Shown one piece after another: positions 1-8,531 of a DNA stretch of 27,650 bases. The DNA is from a virus (lineage: Duplodnaviria; Caudoviricetes). How positions within the stretch are numbered: position 1 is the first letter of the stretch; each line of letters starts with the position of its first letter. Below the pieces are notes generated by a model that was given only the letters and a program-made list of their open reading frames with translations, was not told where the DNA came from and searched no databases. Location of the stretch: positions 1-27,650 of the IMG/VR virus record IMGVR_UViG_3300036797_000125; one strand, written 5' to 3'. Both the position numbers and the translations under genes were made by a program.

Positions 1-1131
1 TTACATATTCATAATTTTATCGAGTTTTTCAGATACCGATTTTTGCATGTCAGGAAGAACGTGACTGTACGTATTAAGTGTCGTTTCAATGTCGGAATGG
101 CCTAATCGATCAGCAATTAATTTAACATTAACGTTTTGTTGAATCAGCATAGTCGCATGAGTATGTCGTAGGTCATGGAACCGTATCTTAGGTAGTCCGA
201 GTTTCTCCGTTAAATTGTAAAACTCTTTTCTTAGGTTACGGGGAATCATCGGCTTGCCTGTACGCGTGCAAATCACTAGGTCATTATCTTCGTAGTCTTG
301 ACCGTGATATAAACGCTCTTCCAGAATCATTTTACGATGTATTTTTAATTCACTAACGAGTTTTTCTGGAATGTGTATAGACCGTACACTAGAAGCGTTC
401 TTAGCTCCGACTTTTATTTCCGCAGCTTGCGTTAGAGTTTGTTTGATGTAAATAACGTTCCTATCAAAATCAATATCTCTCCAACGTAAACCCATAATCT
501 CACCTTGCCGCATGCCGGTTAATAACGCCATTACACACGCAACATAAACGCGTGTGAGACGCTTAATGTTCTTGGATTCTGCTATGAAGTAATTTACTTG
601 ATCTAACGACCAAACGTCCATCTCCTTACGTTGTCTCTTCGGTAAAGTGGTACCTGTCGCTGGATTATCTTTTATGAGCTTCATTGTCTTTGCTTTTTTT
701 AGAGATGCGCTTACTATTCGAAAGACTAAGTGGACAGTGTGAGATGAATAGCTTGTCTCATTTACTAGATTGTTTACAAACTTTTGAATGTGAATAGGCT
801 CAATTTTTTGTAATTGAAAATGCCCTAGTCTCGGCTTGATTACGTTCTCACAATAAATTAAGTGAATTTCGTAAGTGGACTTCTGAAGATATATACGTCT
901 TTCTTCGAACCACTCATCAAGATATTTAGAATAGGACATTTGCGACAAATCAAGAAACTCATCATTTAACATCTCGGCCTGTATTTTAATCAACGTATCT
1001 TCAGCTTCTTTTTCAGTTTTAAAACCACGTCGTTTTATTTGTCTTCTTTTTCCGGTAAATGGGTCTTTTCCTAAATCGAAAGAAAAATACCAACTTCCTC
1101 TTTTTTTATCTTGTAATACGCTACCTTTCAT
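1..1131 (-). CDS. int: Tyrosine recombinase/phage integrase with N-terminal arm-binding domain
   Basis: LLTGMRQGEI (catalytic R), FHDLRHTHAT (H-x-x-R), LGHS...TYSH (Y); N-terminal KRRQIKRRGFKT; RBS GGAGG upstream. Confidence 0.96.
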   Translation of the reverse strand: MKGSVLQDKKRGSWYFSFDLGKDPFTGKRRQIKRRGFKTEKEAEDTLIKIQAEMLNDEFLDLSQMSYSKYLDEWFEERRIYLQKSTYEIHLIYCENVIKPRLGHFQLQKIEPIHIQKFVNNLVNETSYSSHTVHLVFRIVSASLKKAKTMKLIKDNPATGTTLPKRQRKEMDVWSLDQVNYFIAESKNIKRLTRVYVACVMALLTGMRQGEIMGLRWRDIDFDRNVIYIKQTLTQAAEIKVGAKNASSVRSIHIPEKLVSELKIHRKMILEERLYHGQDYEDNDLVICTRTGKPMIPRNLRKEFYNLTEKLGLPKIRFHDLRHTHATMLIQQNVNVKLIADRLGHSDIETTLNTYSHVLPDMQKSVSEKLDKIMNM

Positions 1132-1265
1132 AATTAAACCTCCATTAGGCTTTAACTATTGAAATAATAGCTTCCATATCAAGTATTTTAAACTCTTGGA
1201 CACAAATTGTATAGGGGTATAAAAAGTAGAAAAACGTAAATTATTTTATTTCTTTTTCGGAAAAG

Positions 1266-1294
1266 TGCGCGAAGTTCTGAGTCGGTGCGTCATA
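1266..1294 (+). promoter_or_regulatory. Bipartite motif TGCGCG-N14-TGCGTCATA, copy 1 (candidate phage-sigma promoter)
   Basis: Same sequence and spacing recur at 12803-12831 and 13604-13632. Confidence 0.6.
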
Positions 1295-1347
1295 GTAAAT
1301 ATAAGAAGTTCACAAAGCATTTATTTAAATATAGGAGGTGTTTCGTA

Positions 1348-2025
1348 CTGTTAGAAATGCGAGACAAAGGTTCCTTCATAAAAATATCTACTGATGCTAT
1401 TGAATCTGGCATTGTCGCAGATTTAGGTGATGAGAGTTGGCAGACGTTATGTGTATTAGTTTCATTTATGAATAGCGTAGGAGAATGCTATGTGGCGCAA
1501 GGCGTTATAGCTGATTTGCTAAACATAAGTAGGGAAAGTACAAATAAACGTATTAAAAAGCTATGCGATTATCGTTGGGAGGGAAGGCCATTAGTCGTAA
1601 AGGAACAGAATGTACTAAGTGAGAAACAGTTCTCTACTAATCGATACGTTCTAAAAATTAGTAATGTGTTCGAGTTACCTTGCGGAAATGAATTCGCCGT
1701 TACACAACCGAATAAACCTCACAATGGTCAGTTAAGCGATTTAGAAAGAGTAAGAAGGCGCTTAATATTTGGTTACGGCAAGTGGGTTGGGTATGTTAAG
1801 GAACGAGATAACTACAAGTGTACTGTGTGCGGTAGTAACGAGGAAATCGTCGCACATCATTTAAACAGCTATGACATGTTTGAGGAAGGAAGGACTGACC
1901 CTGAAAACGGATTGACGCTCTGTAGAAAATGTCATTTGAATTTCCACTCTGAATACGGATTTGGAAGTAATACGAAACAACAATTTGATGAATGGAGGAA
2001 GAGAGTTGAAGTCAGGGGTTCTTGA
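1348..2025 (+). CDS. Winged-HTH replication-initiator-like protein fused to a C-terminal HNH endonuclease domain
   Basis: HTH-like GECYVAQGVIADLLNISRESTNKRIKKL; HNH CTVCG...VAHH...ENGLTLCRKCH. Start uncertain: AGGAGGTG at 1333-1340 fits CTG 1348; ATG 1357 is the alternative. Confidence 0.75.
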   Translation: MLEMRDKGSFIKISTDAIESGIVADLGDESWQTLCVLVSFMNSVGECYVAQGVIADLLNISRESTNKRIKKLCDYRWEGRPLVVKEQNVLSEKQFSTNRYVLKISNVFELPCGNEFAVTQPNKPHNGQLSDLERVRRRLIFGYGKWVGYVKERDNYKCTVCGSNEEIVAHHLNSYDMFEEGRTDPENGLTLCRKCHLNFHSEYGFGSNTKQQFDEWRKRVEVRGS

Positions 2026-2362
2026 TTTACGTCACAATAAATTCGTTATGGTAACAAAAGCAGTGATTGATGATACGCGTTTCATTACGAAACCAGTAGA
2101 CAAGCTCATATATGCGGTACTTTGTTCTTATGCAAATAACGATACAAAGGAATCATACCCAAGCGTTTCAGCTATATCGCAAAGGGCACGATGCTCAGAA
2201 CGTACAGTACGTAGATCATTAAGAACATTAAAAGAGTTAGGACTTATTGATGTTAAAGCTAGGTTTGATGATTACGGGCAGTCTACCAATCTTTATATAC
2301 TATTGGAACTCCCTGATTATTTTAATGAGGGGTTGACAAAAACGGAAGAGAGTCCTTGCTAA
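2006..2362 (+). CDS. HTH_36-type phage replication initiator N-terminal domain, possibly truncated
   Basis: KLIYAVLCSYANN...SYPSVSAISQRARCSERTVRRSLRTLKELGLI; GGAGG at 1994-1998 precedes TTG 2006. Confidence 0.75.
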   Translation: MKSGVLDLRHNKFVMVTKAVIDDTRFITKPVDKLIYAVLCSYANNDTKESYPSVSAISQRARCSERTVRRSLRTLKELGLIDVKARFDDYGQSTNLYILLELPDYFNEGLTKTEESPC

Positions 2363-2397
2363 TTTTGTCATGGAGTCCCTGTCGCCAGGTGCAGACG

Positions 2398-2437
2398 AAC
2401 TAGACTTATAATAACTAGACTTACAAGAACTTTACTA
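2398..2437 (+). repeat. Short direct repeats AACTAGACTTA x2 plus a degenerate third copy (iteron-like)
   Basis: gAACTAGACTTAtaatAACTAGACTTAcaagAACTTTACTAA with 15-bp period just downstream of the HTH initiator gene. Confidence 0.45.
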
Positions 2438-2625
2438 AAGATTAAAAGCTAAAACCTTGAAGTCTATTTCTAGCGAAATAACCTTCCATCATTAATATAT
2501 TCGGCGGTAATCACTTATATAAAAGAACGCCGCTAATAGATGATTAGATACGATGAACGAAGTGAGATCGTCAGGTTTTAAAAGTATTAACGATTTATAT
2601 AAATAAAACGAATTAATAAACGGAG

Positions 2626-2979
2626 GTGTTTACGATGAGAGACGTAACGAAACGATTGCAACGTATCCTAACCGAATTAGAATCGCTTGAATCCGATATG
2701 CAACAAACGAATACACGTAAGTCACAAACGGATATAGCGCAGCAAGATATCTTACATACTATCGAAATTGAGTCGTTTACTACAGCGCGTGGTAATCACT
2801 TGTTGAAAGAGCTGAAACGTATTCGTAAAGAACGACGCAAGGCTAAGGACGATCAAGCGGTATTACAGTCGGTGATGCATACTCTAAAAGGCGTTAAGCA
2901 GAAAGTCGAGTGCAGTATCGGAAGTGTAACCGGAGTAATTGAACGTCAACAAGAACGACAGATGACGAAAGGTTACTGA
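2626..2979 (+). CDS. Hypothetical coiled-coil phage protein
   Basis: ORF with GGAGG at 2622-2626; ATG 2635 is the likelier start. Confidence 0.75.
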   Translation: MFTMRDVTKRLQRILTELESLESDMQQTNTRKSQTDIAQQDILHTIEIESFTTARGNHLLKELKRIRKERRKAKDDQAVLQSVMHTLKGVKQKVECSIGSVTGVIERQQERQMTKGY

Positions 2980-3406
2980 CTTATTGTCTAACGCAGATTA
3001 TACGGTCAAATAACAAGAGAGTTATCTAGGTTTTAGTAAATGTATTTATCGGTGAGTGTTATCGGTAGGATAGGCGATAAGAAACGAAGATATAAGGTAG
3101 TGGTCAGAAAAAAAGACCTAAGAATATAGGTCAAAAGAAAAGGTGTAGCCATATATTAACATTTTTGTCGGTCGACGGCTATATGTATCGTATTGAGAAA
3201 ATTCATAACGATATATGTCGAAAACATAGAAAAAAGAACCTCTGTAGCGACAGAGATTCGAAAGGGATGGAGTAAATACGTCTGTTAGGAAGACGCATCG
3301 AGTTGACAATACTCGATGATTAAATGATAGCACGTATCTTCCGAAACTATTAGCGGTAAATGTACCCAAAAGAGGTAGGTAAAGGAGGACTAACAAAAAA
3401 AAACGA

Positions 3407-3574
3407 ATGTACTCAGCACTAATTAACAACGAAGACATACGAAAGCAAATTTATATCGAGGCGCTAATCCGTCGCAACATATTCAAGACGGAAGACGGTC
3501 GGGACTTATGGCAAGCGTCTAACGAGGAATTACATGATAAGTTATTTGAATTATTTAACGAGGAGGGAAACTGA
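3407..3574 (+). CDS. Small FbpA-like (Fur-regulated basic protein family) protein, 55 aa
   Basis: Manual translation MYSALINNEDIRKQIYIEALIRRNIFKTEDGRDLWQASNEELHDKLFELFNEEGN; AAAGGAGG upstream with long A-rich spacer; TGA overlaps next ATG. Confidence 0.6.
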   Translation: MYSALINNEDIRKQIYIEALIRRNIFKTEDGRDLWQASNEELHDKLFELFNEEGN

Positions 3575-3960
3575 TGACCCGCATATCAACGAAAGATTTC
3601 CGCAACCTACCAATCGAAAAGTGGAACGTAACGACATTCCGAGAGTACCTAAAGCATGTACATGAAGAGCGTTATAAAATTCCGTATGTCACTCGCAGCT
3701 ATGCGATGGAAGGACGTATGCTCAAAGCGTTCATCGCCGAGCATAAACCGGAAGCAACAAAACAGTTCATCGACGCATGTCTTGCCGACTATAAACCGAC
3801 ACGGGAGTATCCCGGATTAAACTTTGCGTTTATGTATTCTTATATGCGATCTAGGTTATTGCCGAGAGTTCTTGAAGAAATTCGTAAAAAAGAGGCTCGT
3901 TTTTCGCAGAATTCGCAATATATGAAAGTGAGTACTGAAGAAATTATCGATTATTTATAA
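3574..3960 (+). CDS. Phage replication-module protein of unknown function
   Basis: 128-aa ORF with GAGGAGG RBS, upstream of the DnaC-like gene. Confidence 0.75.
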   Translation: MTRISTKDFRNLPIEKWNVTTFREYLKHVHEERYKIPYVTRSYAMEGRMLKAFIAEHKPEATKQFIDACLADYKPTREYPGLNFAFMYSYMRSRLLPRVLEEIRKKEARFSQNSQYMKVSTEEIIDYL

Positions 3961-4041
3961 ACGTAGAATTTATTTTTCGAGTAAGTGCAAGTGAAGCGCG
4001 AAAAAGTGAGATTAATATTATTAGAGACGGAGGGAAAACGA

Positions 4042-4548
4042 ATGACAAAACGATTATCTTTCGAAGAGGTGCAAGCGAAATTCAAAGAACGGGGATATAG
4101 ATTACTAGAAACGGAATATAAAAACGCTCAAACTAAAATGCGTTATATATGCCCGAAACATCCAAATGATCCGCAGACAATTCGGTTTAAAAGTTTAAAA
4201 AGAGGTTCTGGTTGTCTATTGTGCGGAAAAGAGAAAACGAAAAGATCGCGTGAAATTAACGGTTTAATAGGAGTCGCTAAACGCGAATATCCGAAAGAGG
4301 AAGTAAAGGCAGCTCGTTACAAAGCGGAGGACTTATTAAACGAGTACTGTATGTCCTGTCCGTTTAATAGTTTAACGAGCGTTGAGGACGTACAGAAACA
4401 TTGTTATAAAGAGTGTCCGTATGAAATCGGATTAGAACTACGTAAGTGCGGCGCAATTATGGCCGGTGAGGATGTCGATGCTGTAACGGAGCATTATGTA
4501 GTCAAGCATACGCTTGAACGTATTGATCGTAATGAGGCGACGGTATAA
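4042..4548 (+). CDS. Cys-rich zinc-finger phage protein
   Basis: CPKH...GCLLC and YCMSC...HCYKECPYEIGLELRKCG; GGAGGG RBS before ATG 4042. Confidence 0.7.
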   Translation: MTKRLSFEEVQAKFKERGYRLLETEYKNAQTKMRYICPKHPNDPQTIRFKSLKRGSGCLLCGKEKTKRSREINGLIGVAKREYPKEEVKAARYKAEDLLNEYCMSCPFNSLTSVEDVQKHCYKECPYEIGLELRKCGAIMAGEDVDAVTEHYVVKHTLERIDRNEATV

Positions 4549-5312
4549 TGCAATGCATTCTATCCGATCACTGTTCGTTATACAAAAGCGAATCATGTAA
4601 CCGTCAGTGCACATCGTACATCGCACTACACGGATTCAACGGTAATGGAGGACGTATGGTAGCGACCAACTTACCGAAAGAATACCGTCATTTAACGTTA
4701 CTAAATTCGCCTGTAAAGGACACACAACCGAAAGTCTATAAATCTATCGAAGCATATGTAACGACCTTTATGCGACAGTTTGAGGGAAATGAGGCAACGG
4801 ATGTAAAAGATAAGATCAAATCGATGTATCTGTTTTCCGAAGAAACTGGCACGGGGAAAACGACGACGGCATCCGTAATTTTAAACGAGTGGCTCATACG
4901 GCATTACATCGGAAGTTTGCAACGAAATAGGCAATCGTTGCAGGTACCGGCGTTCTTTCTAGACGTCAATTATTTTCAAACGTTATTCAACGAATTCAAT
5001 CGGTCAAACATACCGAAAGAAGTCGCGGAGAAATCGGCAAAGGAATACTATCGTCGCATGAGTAACGCGAAGACGGCTCCTTTCGCAGTACTAGACGATA
5101 TTGGAGTTCGTAGTGCAACCGAAGCATTTCGAGGGGATTTACATGCGGTGATTAACCATCGAGTAACGAACGGATTACCTACGGTTTACACTTCAAACAT
5201 TCCTATCGAAGAGTTGGAAGGTGTGTTTGATCGTAGGTTGTACGATAGAGTTCGAGATTTGTGCGTAGTGCTACCGTTCGAGGGCGAGTCGAAAAGGGGG
5301 ATGCGGAAATAA
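4548..5312 (+). CDS. DnaC/IstB-like ATPase (helicase loader)
   Basis: Walker A TGTGKTT, Walker B AVLDDIG, PTVYTSN, RLYDRVR; N-terminal Cys cluster. Confidence 0.9.
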   Translation: MQCILSDHCSLYKSESCNRQCTSYIALHGFNGNGGRMVATNLPKEYRHLTLLNSPVKDTQPKVYKSIEAYVTTFMRQFEGNEATDVKDKIKSMYLFSEETGTGKTTTASVILNEWLIRHYIGSLQRNRQSLQVPAFFLDVNYFQTLFNEFNRSNIPKEVAEKSAKEYYRRMSNAKTAPFAVLDDIGVRSATEAFRGDLHAVINHRVTNGLPTVYTSNIPIEELEGVFDRRLYDRVRDLCVVLPFEGESKRGMRK

Positions 5313-5430
5313 AAAATGACCGCTCCTTTTATCAGAACGGCCGTACAAGTATCCATATGTTGGAGGTCATCACAAATGGCTTAAGGCGTCTTCTCTAAGC
5401 AGTATGGACAATGATTTTTACGATTATACA
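5311..5430 (-). ncRNA. Putative sRNA unit 1 (SigG-like promoter, anti-SD segment, terminator)
   Basis: Minus strand TGTATA(5430-5425)-N18-CATACT(5406-5401); hairpin plus U6 at 5344-5311; plus strand contains GGAGGTCATCACAAATGGCT. Confidence 0.55.
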
Positions 5431-5432
5431 TT

Positions 5433-5565
5433 AAAACGGTGAGTAACCAAATAGGCTACCCGCTACGTCCCTGCATGATACGGAGGAGAAACCCCGTTTT
5501 GAAAGAGTGAAGTCGAAGGGAGATCGGCTCAAAGATAGTATGCGCAAAACAAAAACGATTATTCA
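5433..5565 (-). ncRNA. Putative sRNA unit 2 (SigG consensus promoter)
   Basis: Minus TGAATA(5565-5560)-N17-CATACTA(5542-5536); imperfect hairpin ~5437-5464 followed by a U-tract; plus strand GGAGGAGAAACCCCGTTTTG. Confidence 0.55.
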
Positions 5566-5582
5566 AAAGGGAGAATACGAAA

Positions 5583-5741
5583 ATGAAGAAACTTATTATC
5601 GGTGCATTTCTATATTTACCGTTAGCTTTCTGGCTTAGTTATTTTTGCGGAATCAGTACGGTTGAAGTGCTCGCAACAATGTTTATTGTCGGAGTTACCG
5701 GCGGGATCTACAACGTAGTATTGGAAGAAGCGGAAAAGTAG
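5583..5741 (+). CDS. Small membrane protein, 52 aa, two hydrophobic segments
   Basis: MKKLIIGAFLYLPLAFWLSYFCGISTVEVLATMFIVGVTGGIYNVVLEEAEK; AAGGGAG RBS. Confidence 0.7.
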   Translation: MKKLIIGAFLYLPLAFWLSYFCGISTVEVLATMFIVGVTGGIYNVVLEEAEK

Positions 5742-5794
5742 GTATGTGAAGTAAGACCAAATTTGAATTTTGTTAAGAAATGGAGAGATGGAAA

Positions 5795-6049
5795 ATGAGA
5801 AAAGTGGAAATTACAGTAGAAGAAAGAATTAAGAGGAAAATATCTTATGATTTTATCTTGCCAGAGCATGTATCCGAAAGTCAGATGAATATCATAATTG
5901 CCCGTGTAGAAAGTCGTTCGGATTGTGCTGATGATGTTGTACATTTGTTGCAAAAAGAAATACCTAGTTTGAAAGTGCAAAAAGTAGAAGAAACAGACTT
6001 GAATTTTGATGATGCTGAAATAATTGGTTATGACATAAAAGAAAACTAA
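5795..6049 (+). CDS. Hypothetical phage protein
   Basis: ORF after GGAGAG RBS, bounded by junction palindromes at 5757 and 6051. Confidence 0.7.
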   Translation: MRKVEITVEERIKRKISYDFILPEHVSESQMNIIIARVESRSDCADDVVHLLQKEIPSLKVQKVEETDLNFDDAEIIGYDIKEN

Positions 6050-6086
6050 ACCAAAGCGTTATTTGAATCGAAAAGGAGAATGAGAG

Positions 6087-6437
6087 ATGGAAAATAGTGA
6101 AATTAACAATTTAATTGCAGAAAAAGTAATGGGATGGCATTTACAAAAAATGAAACATGTAGCAGCTTGGATTGATGAAAATAGTAACTGGACTTTAAAA
6201 CAAATATGGAACCCTTCGAATGATATCCGAGATGCATGGCAAGTTGTAGAGAAAATGAGAAAGGATTATGATTTTTGGTTCGAGTTAACTACACCAGAAT
6301 CATTTTCTTTAAAAACAAAATGTTATTTCCAATTAGATGATATTGATGTAAGTGCTGTCTGTGAAATTGCGCCATTGGCTATCTGTAAGGCTGCATTACT
6401 AGCGATTGAAGCGAAAAATAAAAACTTAACAAAATAG
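6087..6437 (+). CDS. Phage ABA-sandwich (BC1872-like) protein
   Basis: LIAEKVMGW...WNPSNDIRDAWQVVEKMR...APLAICKAAL; AAAGGAG RBS. Confidence 0.75.
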   Translation: MENSEINNLIAEKVMGWHLQKMKHVAAWIDENSNWTLKQIWNPSNDIRDAWQVVEKMRKDYDFWFELTTPESFSLKTKCYFQLDDIDVSAVCEIAPLAICKAALLAIEAKNKNLTK

Positions 6438-6462
6438 TTATTTTGCAGAAAGGATGTATCGC

Positions 6463-6670
6463 AATGAGTAGTGCATGTATATGTCACATTGATCAAAATA
6501 AATGTTTGTGGTGTAAGAAAAATATATATTTCAGTACATTTTCTCAAGGCGTAGCTATTAATTTTCCGAATGGGCGGATAACGATGTTGCATACAAGGGA
6601 TATGACGAAGGCTCGTGATTTAGCTGAGATTCTAAAAGAAACCGTTGTAAATATCGAGGAATTAAATTAA
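6463..6670 (+). CDS. Small Cys-containing hypothetical protein
   Basis: GAAAGGA RBS before ATG 6463; CxC...CxxC. Confidence 0.65.
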
Positions 6671-6690
6671 ACAAAATTCTTATTTTAAAT

Positions 6691-6804
6691 AAAAAGAGCG
6701 CTTTTAAAAGCGCTCGTTGACCAAGAATTGTATTGAAAAAAGTACTCAATGAATAATACTGAGATGATCATGAGTATTGTATGTAAATTTCTAATGTATG
6801 TGCA
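6691..6804 (-). ncRNA. Putative sRNA unit 3 (SigK consensus promoter)
   Basis: Minus AC(6801-6800)-N16-CATACAATA; perfect palindrome GAGCGCTTTTAAAAGCGCTC followed by U5. Confidence 0.5.
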
Positions 6805-6839
6805 GCTTTTAAGTGGAATTTTTATTTCATAGCAAATAC

Positions 6840-6939
6840 AAAAGAGCACACATATAAGCGTGCTCTTCGATAAAAAAGGAGAACCCTATGAGTGGAAGGT
6901 CTTCATAAAATAACATATGTTTGTCCGGTTTAAAGGTGA
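6840..6939 (-). ncRNA. Putative sRNA unit 4 (SigK consensus promoter)
   Basis: Minus AC(6937-6936)-N16-CATATGTTA; stem AAGAGCAC/GTGCTCTT; plus strand AAGGAGAACCCTATGAGTGG. Confidence 0.55.
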
Positions 6940-7035
6940 CAAGTTTTAATAAAATCTTTATTTTAAAAAGCGAACGAAAAACATCACTGGATCCAATGAA
7001 AGTTCGTGATTTAATACAAAATCGTTATTTCATAG

Positions 7036-7137
7036 AAAAAAAGAGCACACATATAAGCATGCTCTTAGATAATTAAGGTTGGTTTTATGAGTGGCTAATC
7101 CCATGCAATAACATATACTTGTTCGGTAAAAAGGTGA
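7036..7137 (-). ncRNA. Putative sRNA unit 5, paralog of unit 4
   Basis: Near-identical terminator and promoter (AC-N16-TATATGTTA); diverged middle AAGGTTGGTTTTATGAGTGG. Confidence 0.5.
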
Positions 7138-7167
7138 AAAAATTTTGACGAAATCGTTATTTAAATG

Positions 7168-7280
7168 AAAAGACAACAAACGGAGGGGTTTGCTGCCTTG
7201 GTAAAAAGGAATGGCACTAAGTATAAATTACAGAGGTAACTGGTTAGTTAAAGTATATGTATTATATATAAAAATATCAC
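7168..7280 (-). ncRNA. Putative sRNA unit 6 (SigE-like promoter)
   Basis: Minus TGATATT...CATATACT with slightly short spacing; stem AAGACAACAAAC/GTTTGCTGCCTT whose mismatches are G-U pairs only on the minus strand. Confidence 0.45.
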
Positions 7281-7333
7281 CAAACCAAGGTGAGGATTAT
7301 TAAACACAAACGCTATTTTAGTAGAAAACATTT

Positions 7334-7438
7334 AAAAGGCCCTGTTTTTTAGACAGGACCTTAAAAAAGGGAATGACTGTTAACAACTGAAGGTACCTTT
7401 ATATTACCATTATTGGAACTCTAATTCCATATGTCGAA
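7334..7438 (-). ncRNA. Putative sRNA unit 7 (Spo0A box plus extended -10)
   Basis: TGTCGAA at 7432-7438; minus TGgTAATAT at 7409-7401; stem AAGGCCCTGT/ACAGGACCTT; plus strand AAAGGGAATGACT. Confidence 0.4.
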
Positions 7439-7466
7439 TGTTGAGAAATAAAAACTTCATTTGGCA

Positions 7467-7589
7467 CAACAAAGTAGCCAGCTTAATTAGCTAACCACTT
7501 GTTGTACAAAAGAAAATTAGGCCCTACAAGTAATGATGTGTAACCTTAAGTTACAGTTGTAGTGTAAACAAGATTGGAAAAGTTATACG
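7467..7589 (-). ncRNA. Putative sRNA unit 8 (degenerate SigG-like promoter)
   Basis: Minus GTATA(7588-7584)-N17-TACACTA; hairpin related to the AGCAGCTAGC...AGCTAACTGCT type seen in units 9 and 10. Confidence 0.4.
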
Positions 7590-7622
7590 GAAGTGAACTT
7601 AATAAAAACTTCATTTTAGTAG

Positions 7623-7657
7623 AAAAAGATAGGTTTCCTTATTAGGGAAACCTGTCC
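7623..7657 (-). terminator. Intrinsic terminator of the DUF4183-like gene
   Basis: GATAGGTTTCC-ttattag-GGAAACCTGTC stem with A5 on its left (U-tract on minus). Confidence 0.7.
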
Positions 7658-7666
7658 AAAAATAGA

Positions 7667-7954
7667 TTAAGTTACAATAAACTCGACTGTAACTGGAGTC
7701 GCTGGATCAAGTACATCTCCACCAGGGATGGTAATTGAAGAAGGGCCAACAGTAATAGTTGAGGTATCGCCTACTTGAAGTATGCCATTGATGTAGAGAT
7801 TATAATATGTGAACGAATTTGGGAATGTTGAAGTTCCACCTGTATCATTAGTGAAAGCTGTAGCAACAATCGCAAACGTAGCACCTGTACCTGTACCCGC
7901 AGATATTGTAGAAATAAATCTTCTGGAGGCTATAAACGGTGGTATTATTGCCAT
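7667..7954 (-). CDS. DUF4183-like small protein (spore-surface association inferred)
   Basis: AFTNDTG...YYNLYINGILQ...TPVTVEF pattern; GAGGTG RBS; own terminator; opposite to phage orientation. Confidence 0.75.
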   Translation of the reverse strand: MAIIPPFIASRRFISTISAGTGTGATFAIVATAFTNDTGGTSTFPNSFTYYNLYINGILQVGDTSTITVGPSSITIPGGDVLDPATPVTVEFIVT

Positions 7955-8159
7955 TTATAATTCACCTCTTTCTTATTTTTACTAGAACTAGTTTGTAAGA
8001 AAACTTGTTCTGTATTGTATTCTATGAAGTTCTTTAATATTAGAAGCGGCTTATGAACTGGTGCATAAGTGTAAATATCAATTTAGACATATTGTTGTTA
8101 AATAAGGATGACTATGTACAAAAATTTCATTTTGTATAGAAGTGAGGTGAAAAACAAGC

Positions 8160-8327
8160 ATGTTAACTTGGATAACAATTGGTGTCCTTATTTATTTGAT
8201 AATCGGATTAGGATTATTAGTTTGGTCAGTGACTACTTCTTCCTGGGGAGGAATCATATTGTGTTTTGCGATTCCAATTATTTTCTTCTGGCCTTACTTC
8301 ATTATCAGAAGTTTATTCGATAGATAA
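8160..8327 (+). CDS. Small membrane protein, 55 aa
   Basis: MLTWITIGVLIYLIIGLGLLVWSVTTSSWGGIILCFAIPIIFFWPYFIIRSLFDR; GAGGTG RBS. Better supported than the tracked 8108 frame. Confidence 0.7.
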   Translation: MLTWITIGVLIYLIIGLGLLVWSVTTSSWGGIILCFAIPIIFFWPYFIIRSLFDR

Positions 8328-8430
8328 AAGAGCAGCTAGCAAAAGCTAACTGCTCTCCAGAAAAGCATTAAGAAGGAAGTTCAGAACTCAAGTGTATTTA
8401 TAGTATGGACAAGATTTAGAAATTTATTCG
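8326..8430 (-). ncRNA. Putative sRNA unit 9 (SigG consensus promoter)
   Basis: Minus GAATA(8429-8425)-N17-CATACTA(8407-8401); terminator GAGCAGCTAGC-aaaa-GCTAACTGCTC. Confidence 0.55.
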
Positions 8431-8444
8431 AGGAGGAACGGATA

Positions 8445-8531
8445 ATGTGCACTTATTGGGAAAACGCAGTTAAAGAATTCTTCAAGAAGCAAGAGCAGGA
8501 ACGGAATAAAAGAGCAGCTAGCAAAAGCTAA
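8445..8531 (+). CDS. 28-aa mini-protein
   Basis: GAGGAGG RBS; MCTYWENAVKEFFKKQEQERNKRAASKS. Confidence 0.5.
   Translation: MCTYWENAVKEFFKKQEQERNKRAASKS

Noticed and set aside
3216-3222. Isolated Spo0A box TGTCGAA
   Set aside because: A single 7-mer without a clear associated promoter is expected by chance.
3118-3438. 106-aa minus-strand ORF
   Set aside because: No RBS, overlaps the better supported FbpA-like gene, no recognisable motif.
3985-4017. Extra copy of the bipartite promoter motif (GTGCAAG...GTGAGATTAAT)
   Set aside because: Too degenerate and spacing is off by one.
8108-8323. 71-aa tracked ORF
   Set aside because: The overlapping frame 8160-8327 has a proper RBS and coherent membrane topology.
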